A DNA stretch of 64,000 nt from Croceivirga thetidis (GTDB taxonomy: Bacteria > Bacteroidota > Bacteroidia > Flavobacteriales > Flavobacteriaceae), in assembly GCF_012272815.1 (NCBI RefSeq), contig NZ_JAAWWL010000001.1:1301146-1365145 (forward strand), written 5' to 3'. Each line of letters begins with the position of its first letter. The stretch's first letter is position 1. Below are positions 42,354 to 50,055 of this stretch, in pieces. The translations under genes were made by a program, and so were the position numbers. Under the pieces are notes generated by a model that did not search any database, was not told the origin of the DNA, and saw only the letters and a program-made list of their open reading frames with translations.

Positions 42354-43012
42354 TCGTTTTCTTTCGACTTTATTTTTTCGGCATACAAAAATTTACCGAG
42401 GTCAATGATATTATGTAATGATTTGGTATTCAATAGCTCTAAAGCAGTATTTACTGACTTTTCAATGAAAATATCTGTTTTTTCGCACCGTTGTGAATCG
42501 TCCGACATCCAGAATTTGATGGTCAATAAGAACTGGACCCAAAAGCCTTCTTTAATTGACTTTTTTTGAAATGATTCCAGACTACTGGTAAGATTGAGCG
42601 GTTCCATCGCCAATGAATCGACGAATCCATCAAAACTTTGCTTTAATTCGCTGAATAGCGATATTGTACCTAAGCTTAAACCATAATCTTTTAAGGTGAT
42701 TAAGATGAATTCTCGATTTAAGGTCAGGTTTTCAAAAAAAGTATAATACAGGCTGAGCAGTTTGTCCTTTTTGTCAAAGGAAGGATATTCAGAACTTTCA
42801 GCAAGGGTAGCAATCGAAACATCAAAAAGCGTTCTGAAAATCGCCTTGTCCAATTCTTCAAAATCCTTATAATGTTCATGAAAAGAATTGGCATCAAAAT
42901 CATAGTGTTCACCCAAATTTTCTATTGAATCGGGTTTGCCCTGCAGTCTTACCACTGCATCCATATAAAAATCTATAAGATCTTCTTCTGTTATTTTCTG
43001 TTGATTTGCCAA
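42350..43012 (-). CDS. TetR/AcrR-like transcriptional regulator (divergent HTH)
   Basis: TEEDLIDFYMDAVVRLQGKPDSIENLGEHYDFDANSFHEHYKDFEEL aligns position-by-position with the TetR consensus HTH (TRERILEAALELFAERGY..TSMRDIAEAAGVSKGALYHHFPSKEAL). TTG start at 43012. Confidence 0.5.
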   Translation of the reverse strand: MANQQKITEEDLIDFYMDAVVRLQGKPDSIENLGEHYDFDANSFHEHYKDFEELDKAIFRTLFDVSIATLAESSEYPSFDKKDKLLSLYYTFFENLTLNREFILITLKDYGLSLGTISLFSELKQSFDGFVDSLAMEPLNLTSSLESFQKKSIKEGFWVQFLLTIKFWMSDDSQRCEKTDIFIEKSVNTALELLNTKSLHNIIDLGKFLYAEKIKSKENE

Positions 43013-43108
43013 CCTAAGATGTGAACGTTTTCATAGCTTTTTCGGGAATGCCAAATGGAAATTGAGGTAAATCCGAAGCATAGCTAAATTAAGGAATTAT
43101 GCATGCAT

Positions 43109-43145
43109 AAAAAAACCAGTTAGTCTCATTGAGATTAACTGGTTT
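43109..43145 (-). terminator. rho-independent terminator of the phasin-like operon (minus strand)
   Basis: AACCAGTTAGTCTCA / TGAGATTAACTGGTT near-perfect inverted repeat (43116-43145). On the minus strand it is followed by TTTTTTT (plus-strand A-run 43109-43115). It sits just downstream of the 43177 stop. Confidence 0.7.
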
Positions 43146-43176
43146 CAGTAACTAAACTTAAATAACTAACGAAATA

Positions 43177-43464
43177 CTAAGCTACCAGTTTTTTGAATCT
43201 CTTCTGACCCTCTTTGAAATCACCTTTGATTTCGTTTAAGATATCAAAAACCAATTCTTGTTGTTTGGCCGCCAATTTCAATCCTCCTTTTACAGCTTTG
43301 TCAGCAACACCTTGCCACTGTTCTGTAATTTCAATTGATGTGGATACAAACTCTTCGGTTTTTGTTAGGGCAACTTGGTTTGCGTTAAGTGCCATATCCT
43401 TGGTCTTCTTTGCATAGTTTGCAAAAATTCCCTTCTTATTTTTATTTACTTTCTTATTTCCCAT
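43177..43464 (-). CDS. phasin-like small amphipathic protein (paralog 1)
   Basis: 95 aa, predicted all-helical and Lys-rich, with the KQQELVFDILNEIK motif shared with the two neighbouring paralogs. Confidence 0.5.
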   Translation of the reverse strand: MGNKKVNKNKKGIFANYAKKTKDMALNANQVALTKTEEFVSTSIEITEQWQGVADKAVKGGLKLAAKQQELVFDILNEIKGDFKEGQKRFKKLVA

Positions 43465-43502
43465 TACGGTTTGAATTAAGATTAGTCCCTATTTGAACTG
43501 AA

Positions 43503-44381
43503 TTATTTTTTGTTGTCAGCCAACCAAGCCGCTATAGCTTCAACTCCTGCCTCAGCTCCTAGTTCTGCTTGTTTTTTCAAGTCAGTAACGCTGGTATTTT
43601 TAAAAGTTGAACCCGCTTCATCAAGAATCGACTTGATTTTAGTTTCAGTTGCCTGTGCCAATTGCGCAAAAGTTTCGATACCATTCTCCTTGAAAATACG
43701 CTCAAGTTTAGGACCAACACCCTTAATAGCTTTAAGGTCATCTTTAATAACGGCCTTAACAGTGCTCTCAACCTTCGCCGCTTTTTGCTTTACCTCGGCT
43801 ACTTTCACAGAAGCTTTTTTAGAGGTTTTTGTAGCTTTAGCAGTAACTGTTTTCTTTGTTTTCCCAACATTTTTCTTTGTTTGCTTCAAGGCATCATCAA
43901 CCAAGTCTTCACCCTTGTCAATTACCTTTTTAGCCTGCTTAAGAGCGTCTTCCTTGACCTCATTAAATTTGGCTACGCCCTGATTTTTTAGGTTTTCAGC
44001 AGTTTTCTCAACCTTTTGAACGATTGGGTTTTCTATAACTTTCTCTTTAATGGTTTCAGAAACTTCCAATACCTTTTTACCTACAGGTGTTTTAGATACA
44101 TATTCAAAGGCACGCTCAATGGTGTCCTCATCATAACCAACCAAATCCATGGTCTTTTCTTTTCCTGTGTTGAACTGATTTTTTACTGTTGCTGCAGTTT
44201 CAAAAACCAAATCCATTTGTCTTTTACGTAATGGCTCGGTTTTTTTAACCATTTTCTTGGTCAATTCTTGCCATTTCTCACCATGCTCTATGGTCGTGTT
44301 AATTGTTGCCATTGTCACATTTATCAATGACTTATTCAAGCTTTCGCTTTTTTTAGTTCTGTTTTTTGTTGCTGTTGCCAT
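43503..44381 (-). CDS. phasin-like protein with Lys/Ala-rich linker and C-terminal helix-hairpin-helix domain (paralog 2)
   Basis: N-terminus shares KRQMDLVFETAATVK with the paralogs. The middle has KTKKTVTAKATKTSKKASVKVAEVKQKAAK (histone-H1-like). The C-terminus has DDLKAIKGVGPKLERIFKENGIETFAQLAQAT (HhH). Confidence 0.5.
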   Translation of the reverse strand: MATATKNRTKKSESLNKSLINVTMATINTTIEHGEKWQELTKKMVKKTEPLRKRQMDLVFETAATVKNQFNTGKEKTMDLVGYDEDTIERAFEYVSKTPVGKKVLEVSETIKEKVIENPIVQKVEKTAENLKNQGVAKFNEVKEDALKQAKKVIDKGEDLVDDALKQTKKNVGKTKKTVTAKATKTSKKASVKVAEVKQKAAKVESTVKAVIKDDLKAIKGVGPKLERIFKENGIETFAQLAQATETKIKSILDEAGSTFKNTSVTDLKKQAELGAEAGVEAIAAWLADNKK

Positions 44382-44425
44382 GATATATTTTGTTTAAATA
44401 CTGTTGTTCTTAATTAATTATGATG

Positions 44426-44461
44426 CAAATCTAATTTTGAGTAGTTACAAATGAGTTGCAA
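44426..44461 (-). promoter_or_regulatory. candidate SARP-box promoter: TTGCAAC-N4-TTGTAAC direct repeat (minus strand 44461-44443) plus TAGATTTG -7 box (44433-44426)
   Basis: Reverse complement of 44443-44461 is TTGCAACTCATTTGTAACT. Fourteen nt after its second TTG lies TAGATTTG, which matches the Bacteroidota TAnnTTTG -7 element. This is 45 nt upstream of the ATG at 44381. Confidence 0.5.
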
Positions 44462-44467
44462 TCGAAA

Positions 44468-44719
44468 CTAGTTCTTGACAATTCTCTTTTTGATACCGTA
44501 GAGGGCATCAAAAACAAGTTCTTGTTGGGCAGCAGTGATGTCCAATCCTTTTTTCACAACTTTTGAGGTCAAATCCAAAGATTTATAACCTAAGCCAATA
44601 GAAACATCGAATGCTTTTTCTGTTGTGGAAAGTGCAAAGTCGTTTGCTTTGTTTGCCAATCCAAGAGCGTTATCCGCTACTTTTTCTACAATGTTCTTTT
44701 TCGTTTTTTTAGTTGCCAT
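44468..44719 (-). CDS. phasin-like small amphipathic protein (paralog 3)
   Basis: 83 aa, with AAQQELVFDALYGIKK near the C-terminus matching paralog 1. ATG confirmed. Confidence 0.5.
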   Translation of the reverse strand: MATKKTKKNIVEKVADNALGLANKANDFALSTTEKAFDVSIGLGYKSLDLTSKVVKKGLDITAAQQELVFDALYGIKKRIVKN

Positions 44720-44756
44720 AACTATATATTTTTCTAATGTTTTCTATTTTATGGTG

Positions 44757-44792
44757 CAAACATAGAATCCCATAGTTACAAATGAGTTACAA
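44757..44792 (-). promoter_or_regulatory. candidate SARP-box promoter: TTGTAAC-N4-TTGTAAC direct repeat (minus strand 44792-44774) plus TATGTTTG -7 box (44764-44757)
   Basis: Reverse complement of 44774-44792 is TTGTAACTCATTTGTAACT. The repeat-to-TAnnTTTG spacing is identical to the 44426-44461 element. It is 38 nt upstream of the ATG at 44719. Confidence 0.5.
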
Positions 44793-44866
44793 GTCTGGTT
44801 GACTATTGATTTTGAATGAAGAAAGCTGCGAAGGAAATATCGATGTTTGGAATGGGAAGATGGGAA

Positions 44867-45673
44867 TCAAGCAATAGACTCAATCTTCTTGAGCAAATCC
44901 CGAGTTGCTGGTAGTGGTGTAATACCATACTCTTCTTCTAAAATATCAGCACATTTTTGATAAGTTTTTAATGCTTGCGGCCTATTTCCTTTTTGGATAT
45001 AAGCAGACATTTGAATTCGATAAGCATCTTCCCATGTTTTATCAATGGCAATTGCTTGTTGAGCAAGCCGTACACTTTCCATTGGGTTGGTGGCTATTAA
45101 TAACTCTGCCAAATTCACCAAGGCACCCAATATCAAAACCTGAATTTTCTCTCGCTCTTCTGACGACCAATCTTCAAAAATGCGATTTGGAAGATAAGAC
45201 CCTTGATGCAATGCAATGGCCATGTTGTAGGCTTCTGCTGCAATCTCAGGAAAATCACCCAAGGCTTGATTTCCAATGATGATGTATTTCTCAATGGCAT
45301 CAACATCGATCCAAACTAAATTTGAATTTAATTGATAAGTTACCCCCTGCCGTTCTACATAAATCGCTTCGGTTCTAGATGGTCGGTTTGGTTCCAAAAC
45401 TTTGTTGACCCCATGCAGCGCTACTTTAAAATCACGATCGTCACCATCTTCCCATAAGTGGTCCATGATGTGCTCCTTGTGTAACGCATGTTTGTTTCGA
45501 TAAGAAATAAGGTATTGAATTAATTGAAGGGTCTTGTCCCGACCCCATTCTTTTGCATTGACCTTTTCTCCATCACGCCAAAGCACAAATTGACCTAGCG
45601 TTTGGAATTTAATTGGAGCTTCATTCTGAAACTTTTTATGTTGCTCCAATTGATTTGTCAATGCTGCCTTCAA
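44867..45673 (-). CDS. SARP-family (OmpR-type winged helix + BTAD) transcriptional activator
   Basis: IKFQTLGQFVLWRDGEKV...DKTLQLIQYLISYRNKHALHKEHIMDHLWEDGDD is an OmpR/SARP-type DNA-binding domain. The C-terminus (VRLAQQAIAIDKTWEDAYRIQMSAYIQKGNRPQALKTYQKCADILEEEYGITPLPATRDLLKKI) is a classic BTAD. No in-frame ATG precedes the DNA-binding domain, so the start is TTG at 45673, 45661 or 45649. Confidence 0.7.
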   Translation of the reverse strand: MKAALTNQLEQHKKFQNEAPIKFQTLGQFVLWRDGEKVNAKEWGRDKTLQLIQYLISYRNKHALHKEHIMDHLWEDGDDRDFKVALHGVNKVLEPNRPSRTEAIYVERQGVTYQLNSNLVWIDVDAIEKYIIIGNQALGDFPEIAAEAYNMAIALHQGSYLPNRIFEDWSSEEREKIQVLILGALVNLAELLIATNPMESVRLAQQAIAIDKTWEDAYRIQMSAYIQKGNRPQALKTYQKCADILEEEYGITPLPATRDLLKKIESIA

Positions 45674-45685
45674 AATTTGAAATTT

Positions 45686-46237
45686 CTATTTGGTCGTAGA
45701 TGTTTTAGCCTTGGTAGTTCTTGAAGGCTTTTTGGTATTTGCTTGGTTCATAGCATCAACCTTTTTAGTGAGTTCCGCAACCGATTTTGTGAGTTTTGAA
45801 AGACTATCTTGCATTATCTTGAAATCTGATTTAGAAGCGTTACGCCATTGGTCGATAGGTACTTTTTCCATAAGTTCCTCACCATATTCGCTTAATTGCT
45901 CCTGCAAATTGGCAACCTGTTTTCTTGGGTCTTTTAAAGTCTCTTTGAGCATTTTTGGCCCTGTGGCTGCAACTGATTTAAAAAGCGAGAAACTCTTGGT
46001 CAAAATGTTTTCCTGTTCTTCAGAAGTACGGTCGGTCGTAGCTTCCATTGTTAAATCGGCCAAATGTTGTTGTATAAAATCTACGGCCTGTTTAAAATCA
46101 GAGAAGTTTAAATCTTCACCCCCTTGAACGTGTGAAACGTTACCACGCCATTGCACTTCAGATTCACCATTTTCGTCATAGATTTTTTGGGTGAACCGAA
46201 CCATAAATGAGGCGGTCTGTGCTGCTTTTTTTGCCAT
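45686..46237 (-). CDS. hypothetical helical protein (first gene of the minus-strand block)
   Basis: 183 aa, no recognisable domain, predicted helical with a Lys/Thr-rich tail. ATG confirmed. Lies 12 bp upstream of the SARP gene. Confidence 0.4.
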   Translation of the reverse strand: MAKKAAQTASFMVRFTQKIYDENGESEVQWRGNVSHVQGGEDLNFSDFKQAVDFIQQHLADLTMEATTDRTSEEQENILTKSFSLFKSVAATGPKMLKETLKDPRKQVANLQEQLSEYGEELMEKVPIDQWRNASKSDFKIMQDSLSKLTKSVAELTKKVDAMNQANTKKPSRTTKAKTSTTK

Positions 46238-46464
46238 TTTTTTCTGTTTTATATCGGGTTGGCTAACTATCTAAAAGTAACCATAATTCTTTTCGGTGAC
46301 ATTTTCTGATACTTAATCGGGGTTACCATCCTTTCTTTGACCAGTAGTTCAAGCAATAAAAATGGGGTATTGAAATACCGATTGAAGTACGAAATCCAAG
46401 CTGTTTTTGCATTTCATCGGAATTTGTACCTTGTTCGTCGATAGATACAGCAAAATTTTTAGAT

Positions 46465-47595
46465 TTGCGCACTATGGCCGAGACGAGACACGACTGGACA
46501 AAAGAAGAAATTCTTGCTATTTATAACAAACCCCTGATGGAATTGCTTTACGAAGCAGCAACAGTTCATCGGGAATACCATGACCCAAATACGGTTCAAG
46601 TCTCAACCTTACTCTCAATCAAGACGGGAGGTTGTCCTGAAGACTGCGGTTATTGTCCGCAAGCTGCGCGTTACCATACGGATATTGAAGGCAACGACTT
46701 GATGTCAGTTCAACAGGTTAAGGCCCAAGCATTGCGTGCAAAATCCGCTGGTAGTTCAAGGGTTTGTATGGGTGCAGCCTGGAGAAACGTCAAGGATGGT
46801 CCTGAATTTGACCAAGTTCTAGAGATGGTGCGAACCATCAATAAGTTGGATATGGAGGTTTGCTGTACTTTGGGTATGGTGACAGAGAACCAGGCAAAAC
46901 GACTAGCTGAAGCAGGTTTATACGCTTACAACCACAATCTTGACACTTCTGAGGAATATTATAAAGAAGTTATTTCTACTCGTGGCTATGAAGATCGTCT
47001 TCAAACCATTGAAAATGTTCGTAAAACCAACGTAACTGTATGTAGTGGTGGAATAATTGGTATGGGTGAATCTAGTGAGGACAGAGCTGGTATGCTCGTG
47101 GCTTTATCAACTTTGAATCCGCAACCAGAATCCGTTCCAATAAATGCTTTGGTAGCTGTTGAAGGTACGCCGATGGAAGAACAAAAACCAGTTGAGATTT
47201 GGGAAATGATTCGTATGGTTGCTACGACACGAATTGTAATGCCAAAGACCCAAGTAAGGCTTTCCGCTGGTAGGACTGAAATGAGCAGGGAAGGACAGGC
47301 AATGTGTTTCTTTGCCGGGGCCAATTCCATTTTTGCAGGTGATAAGTTATTGACCACCCCAAATCCGGATGTTAATCAGGATATGGAAATGTTCAAAATG
47401 CTAGGATTGAATCCTCAAAAAGCTTTTGTAAAGGCACCACAACCTAATACCGTGGAAGCTGAAGATTCTCAATTTCAATCTTTGGGTGAAAAACCAAGAT
47501 GGTCAAGGCCAGGACATTCTATAGGACAAAATGAGGCTGCTACCGAAAAAGGAAAAGCCAAGAAATTAATCGAAACCCCCATCGAGAATACATGA
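46465..47595 (+). CDS. bioB: biotin synthase with C-terminal low-complexity extension
   Basis: [10 protein letters not shown] radical-SAM cluster motif. [34 protein letters not shown] aligns with the BioB N-terminus, with a likely ATG at 46474. About 45 extra C-terminal residues. Confidence 0.85.
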   Translation: MRTMAETRHDWTKEEILAIYNKPLMELLYEAATVHREYHDPNTVQVSTLLSIKTGGCPEDCGYCPQAARYHTDIEGNDLMSVQQVKAQALRAKSAGSSRVCMGAAWRNVKDGPEFDQVLEMVRTINKLDMEVCCTLGMVTENQAKRLAEAGLYAYNHNLDTSEEYYKEVISTRGYEDRLQTIENVRKTNVTVCSGGIIGMGESSEDRAGMLVALSTLNPQPESVPINALVAVEGTPMEEQKPVEIWEMIRMVATTRIVMPKTQVRLSAGRTEMSREGQAMCFFAGANSIFAGDKLLTTPNPDVNQDMEMFKMLGLNPQKAFVKAPQPNTVEAEDSQFQSLGEKPRWSRPGHSIGQNEAATEKGKAKKLIETPIENT

Positions 47596-48110
47596 AAAAG
47601 ATTTTCTTGCTTGCCCCGCTCTTACTTTTCTTTATATCAGGATTTTCCCAGTTGAGAAAACAAAATGATATTGATAAAGAAGTTCGTGATATCGAAAAAA
47701 ACCAAAAACTTCGGATAAAGGAATATGACCGCGAAGACCTGTTGGGTATGGACTATGGCGAGGGAATTATAAAAGTCTGGTCAAGCGGAGGCGAAATCCT
47801 TAAAATTGAGGAAAGGGTTAATCTTGCATTCGGTATTTCTAAGGAGTTAGTCTATTTTGCCGATGGTCTTCCAATTAAAATCGTTGAGGTGGAAGAGAAT
47901 TTTAAGAAGACAAAAAACGGATTTGATAAAAATCGTTTAGAAGAAGTTTTCCGAACTGAGATTTATGTATTGGGTAAGGCCAAGTCAAAAATTGAAAACT
48001 ACTACATTACCAAAGAAGAATTAGGTCAACGTTTTTTCACCAGAAAAAATGATTTTTCAGATTATTTGGAACCCTACCAAATGGCAGAAACGTTTTTCGA
48101 GGATAACTAA
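47592..48110 (+). CDS. hypothetical secreted protein
   Basis: Signal peptide ([20 protein letters not shown]). ATGA overlap with the bioB stop. Confidence 0.4.
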   Translation: MKKIFLLAPLLLFFISGFSQLRKQNDIDKEVRDIEKNQKLRIKEYDREDLLGMDYGEGIIKVWSSGGEILKIEERVNLAFGISKELVYFADGLPIKIVEVEENFKKTKNGFDKNRLEEVFRTEIYVLGKAKSKIENYYITKEELGQRFFTRKNDFSDYLEPYQMAETFFEDN

Positions 48111-48181
48111 GCATACCGTAATTTCTGTTTTGTAAGCCATTTGTAGGCATTTCTTATTTTTATAGATTAAACCATGGCGTT

Positions 48182-49042
48182 TTGCAGCTTGACCTTGAAC
48201 AAATACCTAGGGTACAAACGCTAACAAAAAAAGCGTTTTTACGCGATTACTTTAGGCCCCAAAGACCAGTTGTAATCGAAAACTTCATTGAAGATTGGCC
48301 CGCTTTTGAGAAATGGAACCTTGATTATATTAAAAAGGTTGCCGGCGATAAAGAAGTGCCTTTATATGATGACCGTGCTGTTAAATATGATGAAGGTTTT
48401 AATGAACCTCATGCCCGAATGAAGATGTCAGATTATGTTGATTTACTAAAACGTGAACCAACTAAGTACCGAATTTTTCTCTGGAATATCATCAAAGAAG
48501 TCCCCCAACTACAAAATGATTTTACCTATCCTGATTTTGGGATTCGCTTAATGAAGGGGCTACCAATGTTATTTTTCGGAGGTAGTGATTCGCACACTTT
48601 TATGCACTATGACATTGATTTGGCCAATATTTTCCATTTTCATTTCGAAGGGAAAAAGCAGTGTATATTATTCTCGCAAGAAGAGACAAAACATCTCTAT
48701 AAAATACCACATTCCCTAATAACCCGAGAAGATATTGACTTTTCTAACCCGGATTTTGAGAAATGGCCGGCCCTAAAAAATGCGAAAGGGCACGTTACCC
48801 ATTTAGAACACGGTCAAGTGCTTTATATACCCGAGGGTTATTGGCACCATATGAAATATTTAACCCCAGGCTTTTCGATGAGTTTGAGGGCAATACCACG
48901 AAAACCGAAGAACTTTGCAAAAGCGGTTTATAACATCTTTTTTATGCGGCATTATGACAATTTTATGAGAAAGCGTAGAGGGCAAGAATGGATAGATTGG
49001 AAGAATGAACAGGCAATAATTAAGACGGAACAGTTTGTTTAA
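48182..49042 (+). CDS. JmjC/cupin-like domain protein
   Basis: FMHYDIDLANIFHFHFEGKKQCILF and GYWHHM fit the HxD...H 2-oxoglutarate/Fe cupin (JmjC) pattern. Confidence 0.55.
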   Translation: MQLDLEQIPRVQTLTKKAFLRDYFRPQRPVVIENFIEDWPAFEKWNLDYIKKVAGDKEVPLYDDRAVKYDEGFNEPHARMKMSDYVDLLKREPTKYRIFLWNIIKEVPQLQNDFTYPDFGIRLMKGLPMLFFGGSDSHTFMHYDIDLANIFHFHFEGKKQCILFSQEETKHLYKIPHSLITREDIDFSNPDFEKWPALKNAKGHVTHLEHGQVLYIPEGYWHHMKYLTPGFSMSLRAIPRKPKNFAKAVYNIFFMRHYDNFMRKRRGQEWIDWKNEQAIIKTEQFV

Positions 49043-49077
49043 TTGAATTTTGAATACTTTCGTTAAAACAATATGAT

Positions 49078-49575
49078 ATGAAAATTTACGGGGGCATTTT
49101 ACTGATCATTTTGAGTTTTTCGGGCGTTTTGGCTCAAGAAGGATACACCGGAAGGGGTGATAATAAATTTCAGGTAGGTTGGGGAATTCAGAAAAACGGA
49201 AATGGAGTTCGCGCCAGCTACGATTACGGTTTGGGCGAAAATATTTCAGTTGGTGTTTTGGCAACTTATGTGACCGGAGTTGACGAAAATTTTGGAGCTC
49301 AATTGGCAGATAGATTCGATGCTAAGGCAAGATTTAATGCCAATTTAGGCAGTCTTTTTGATGTTGATAGGGCTTTTGATGTTTACCCCGGGTTAAGTGT
49401 TGGTCTTAAAAATTTTGGTGGGCATATTGGTGCAAGATGGTTTTTTTCAAGGGGTTTTGGTATTTATGCCGAAGTAGATGTGCCTTTAGCTAAATATCAG
49501 ACAGTACCAGCGGAACCAGCTGATAATCTAAACAATCAGGTGGTGGGTACCATCGGGGCAAGTTTTCATTTCTAG
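49078..49575 (+). CDS. small outer-membrane beta-barrel (porin-family) protein
   Basis: Signal peptide, alternating amphipathic beta strands, C-terminal ...IGASFHF with a terminal Phe. Confidence 0.55.
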   Translation: MKIYGGILLIILSFSGVLAQEGYTGRGDNKFQVGWGIQKNGNGVRASYDYGLGENISVGVLATYVTGVDENFGAQLADRFDAKARFNANLGSLFDVDRAFDVYPGLSVGLKNFGGHIGARWFFSRGFGIYAEVDVPLAKYQTVPAEPADNLNNQVVGTIGASFHF

Positions 49576-50048
49576 TTTAAAAGCTCGCTGATTTTTTGAT
49601 ATATCAAATGACTTTCCCATCCCCGGTAAAGCAGATAATCAGCCAATTTCTTTTTTCGCTTTTGAGGATGGGTCTCTTTAATTTCTTTGTTGCGTTTTTT
49701 GGCTAACGAGTCCAAAGTAACCAAATACTCTTCCTCAGATATTTCCTTAAGGGCTGATTGAATATTAAAACGTGAGATATCCCGCATTTTAAGTTCTTGT
49801 ACAATGCGGTTTTTGCCCCATTTCTTCACCCTAAATTTTCCTCTAGCAAAACTTTTGGCAAAACGTTCTTCATTCAAATAGTTCTCTTTAATAAGGTGGG
49901 CAACAATATGGTCAATAGCTTGCTCTACCATGCCTAATCCTTTCAATTTTGCAACCACCTCCTTATGGCAGCGGTCTTGGTAAGCACAGTAGTATTCAAG
50001 CTTTTTAGTAGCGTCTTGAACTGAAACTGGTGTACTGTAATGATTCAA
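49572..50048 (-). CDS. recX: regulatory protein RecX
   Basis: Three-helix repeat sequence (KKLEYYCAYQDRCHKEVVAKLKGLG...), 158 aa. TTG start. Confidence 0.7.
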   Translation of the reverse strand: MNHYSTPVSVQDATKKLEYYCAYQDRCHKEVVAKLKGLGMVEQAIDHIVAHLIKENYLNEERFAKSFARGKFRVKKWGKNRIVQELKMRDISRFNIQSALKEISEEEYLVTLDSLAKKRNKEIKETHPQKRKKKLADYLLYRGWESHLIYQKISELLN

Positions 50049-50055
50049 TCAAAAA

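Noticed and set aside
43510-43991. Plus-strand ORFs (157 aa and 109 aa) antisense to the 292-aa phasin-like gene
   Set aside because: These are shadow ORFs created by the Lys/Ala-rich, low-complexity coding sequence on the minus strand. The minus-strand gene has the paralog motif and operon context.
32765-46237. Idea that the lipid block is a horizontally acquired island
   Set aside because: There are no flanking tRNA genes, integrase genes or direct repeats, and I cannot compute compositional skew here. The promoters use the native Bacteroidota -33/-7 architecture, so an HGT claim is not supported from sequence alone.
46277-46328. GTAACCA / GTTACCA half-site-like elements in the bioB-divergent leader
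   Set aside because: They are similar to the TTGTAAC heptamer but spaced 45 bp apart and not followed by a TAnnTTTG box at the conserved distance. I do not call this a SARP box.
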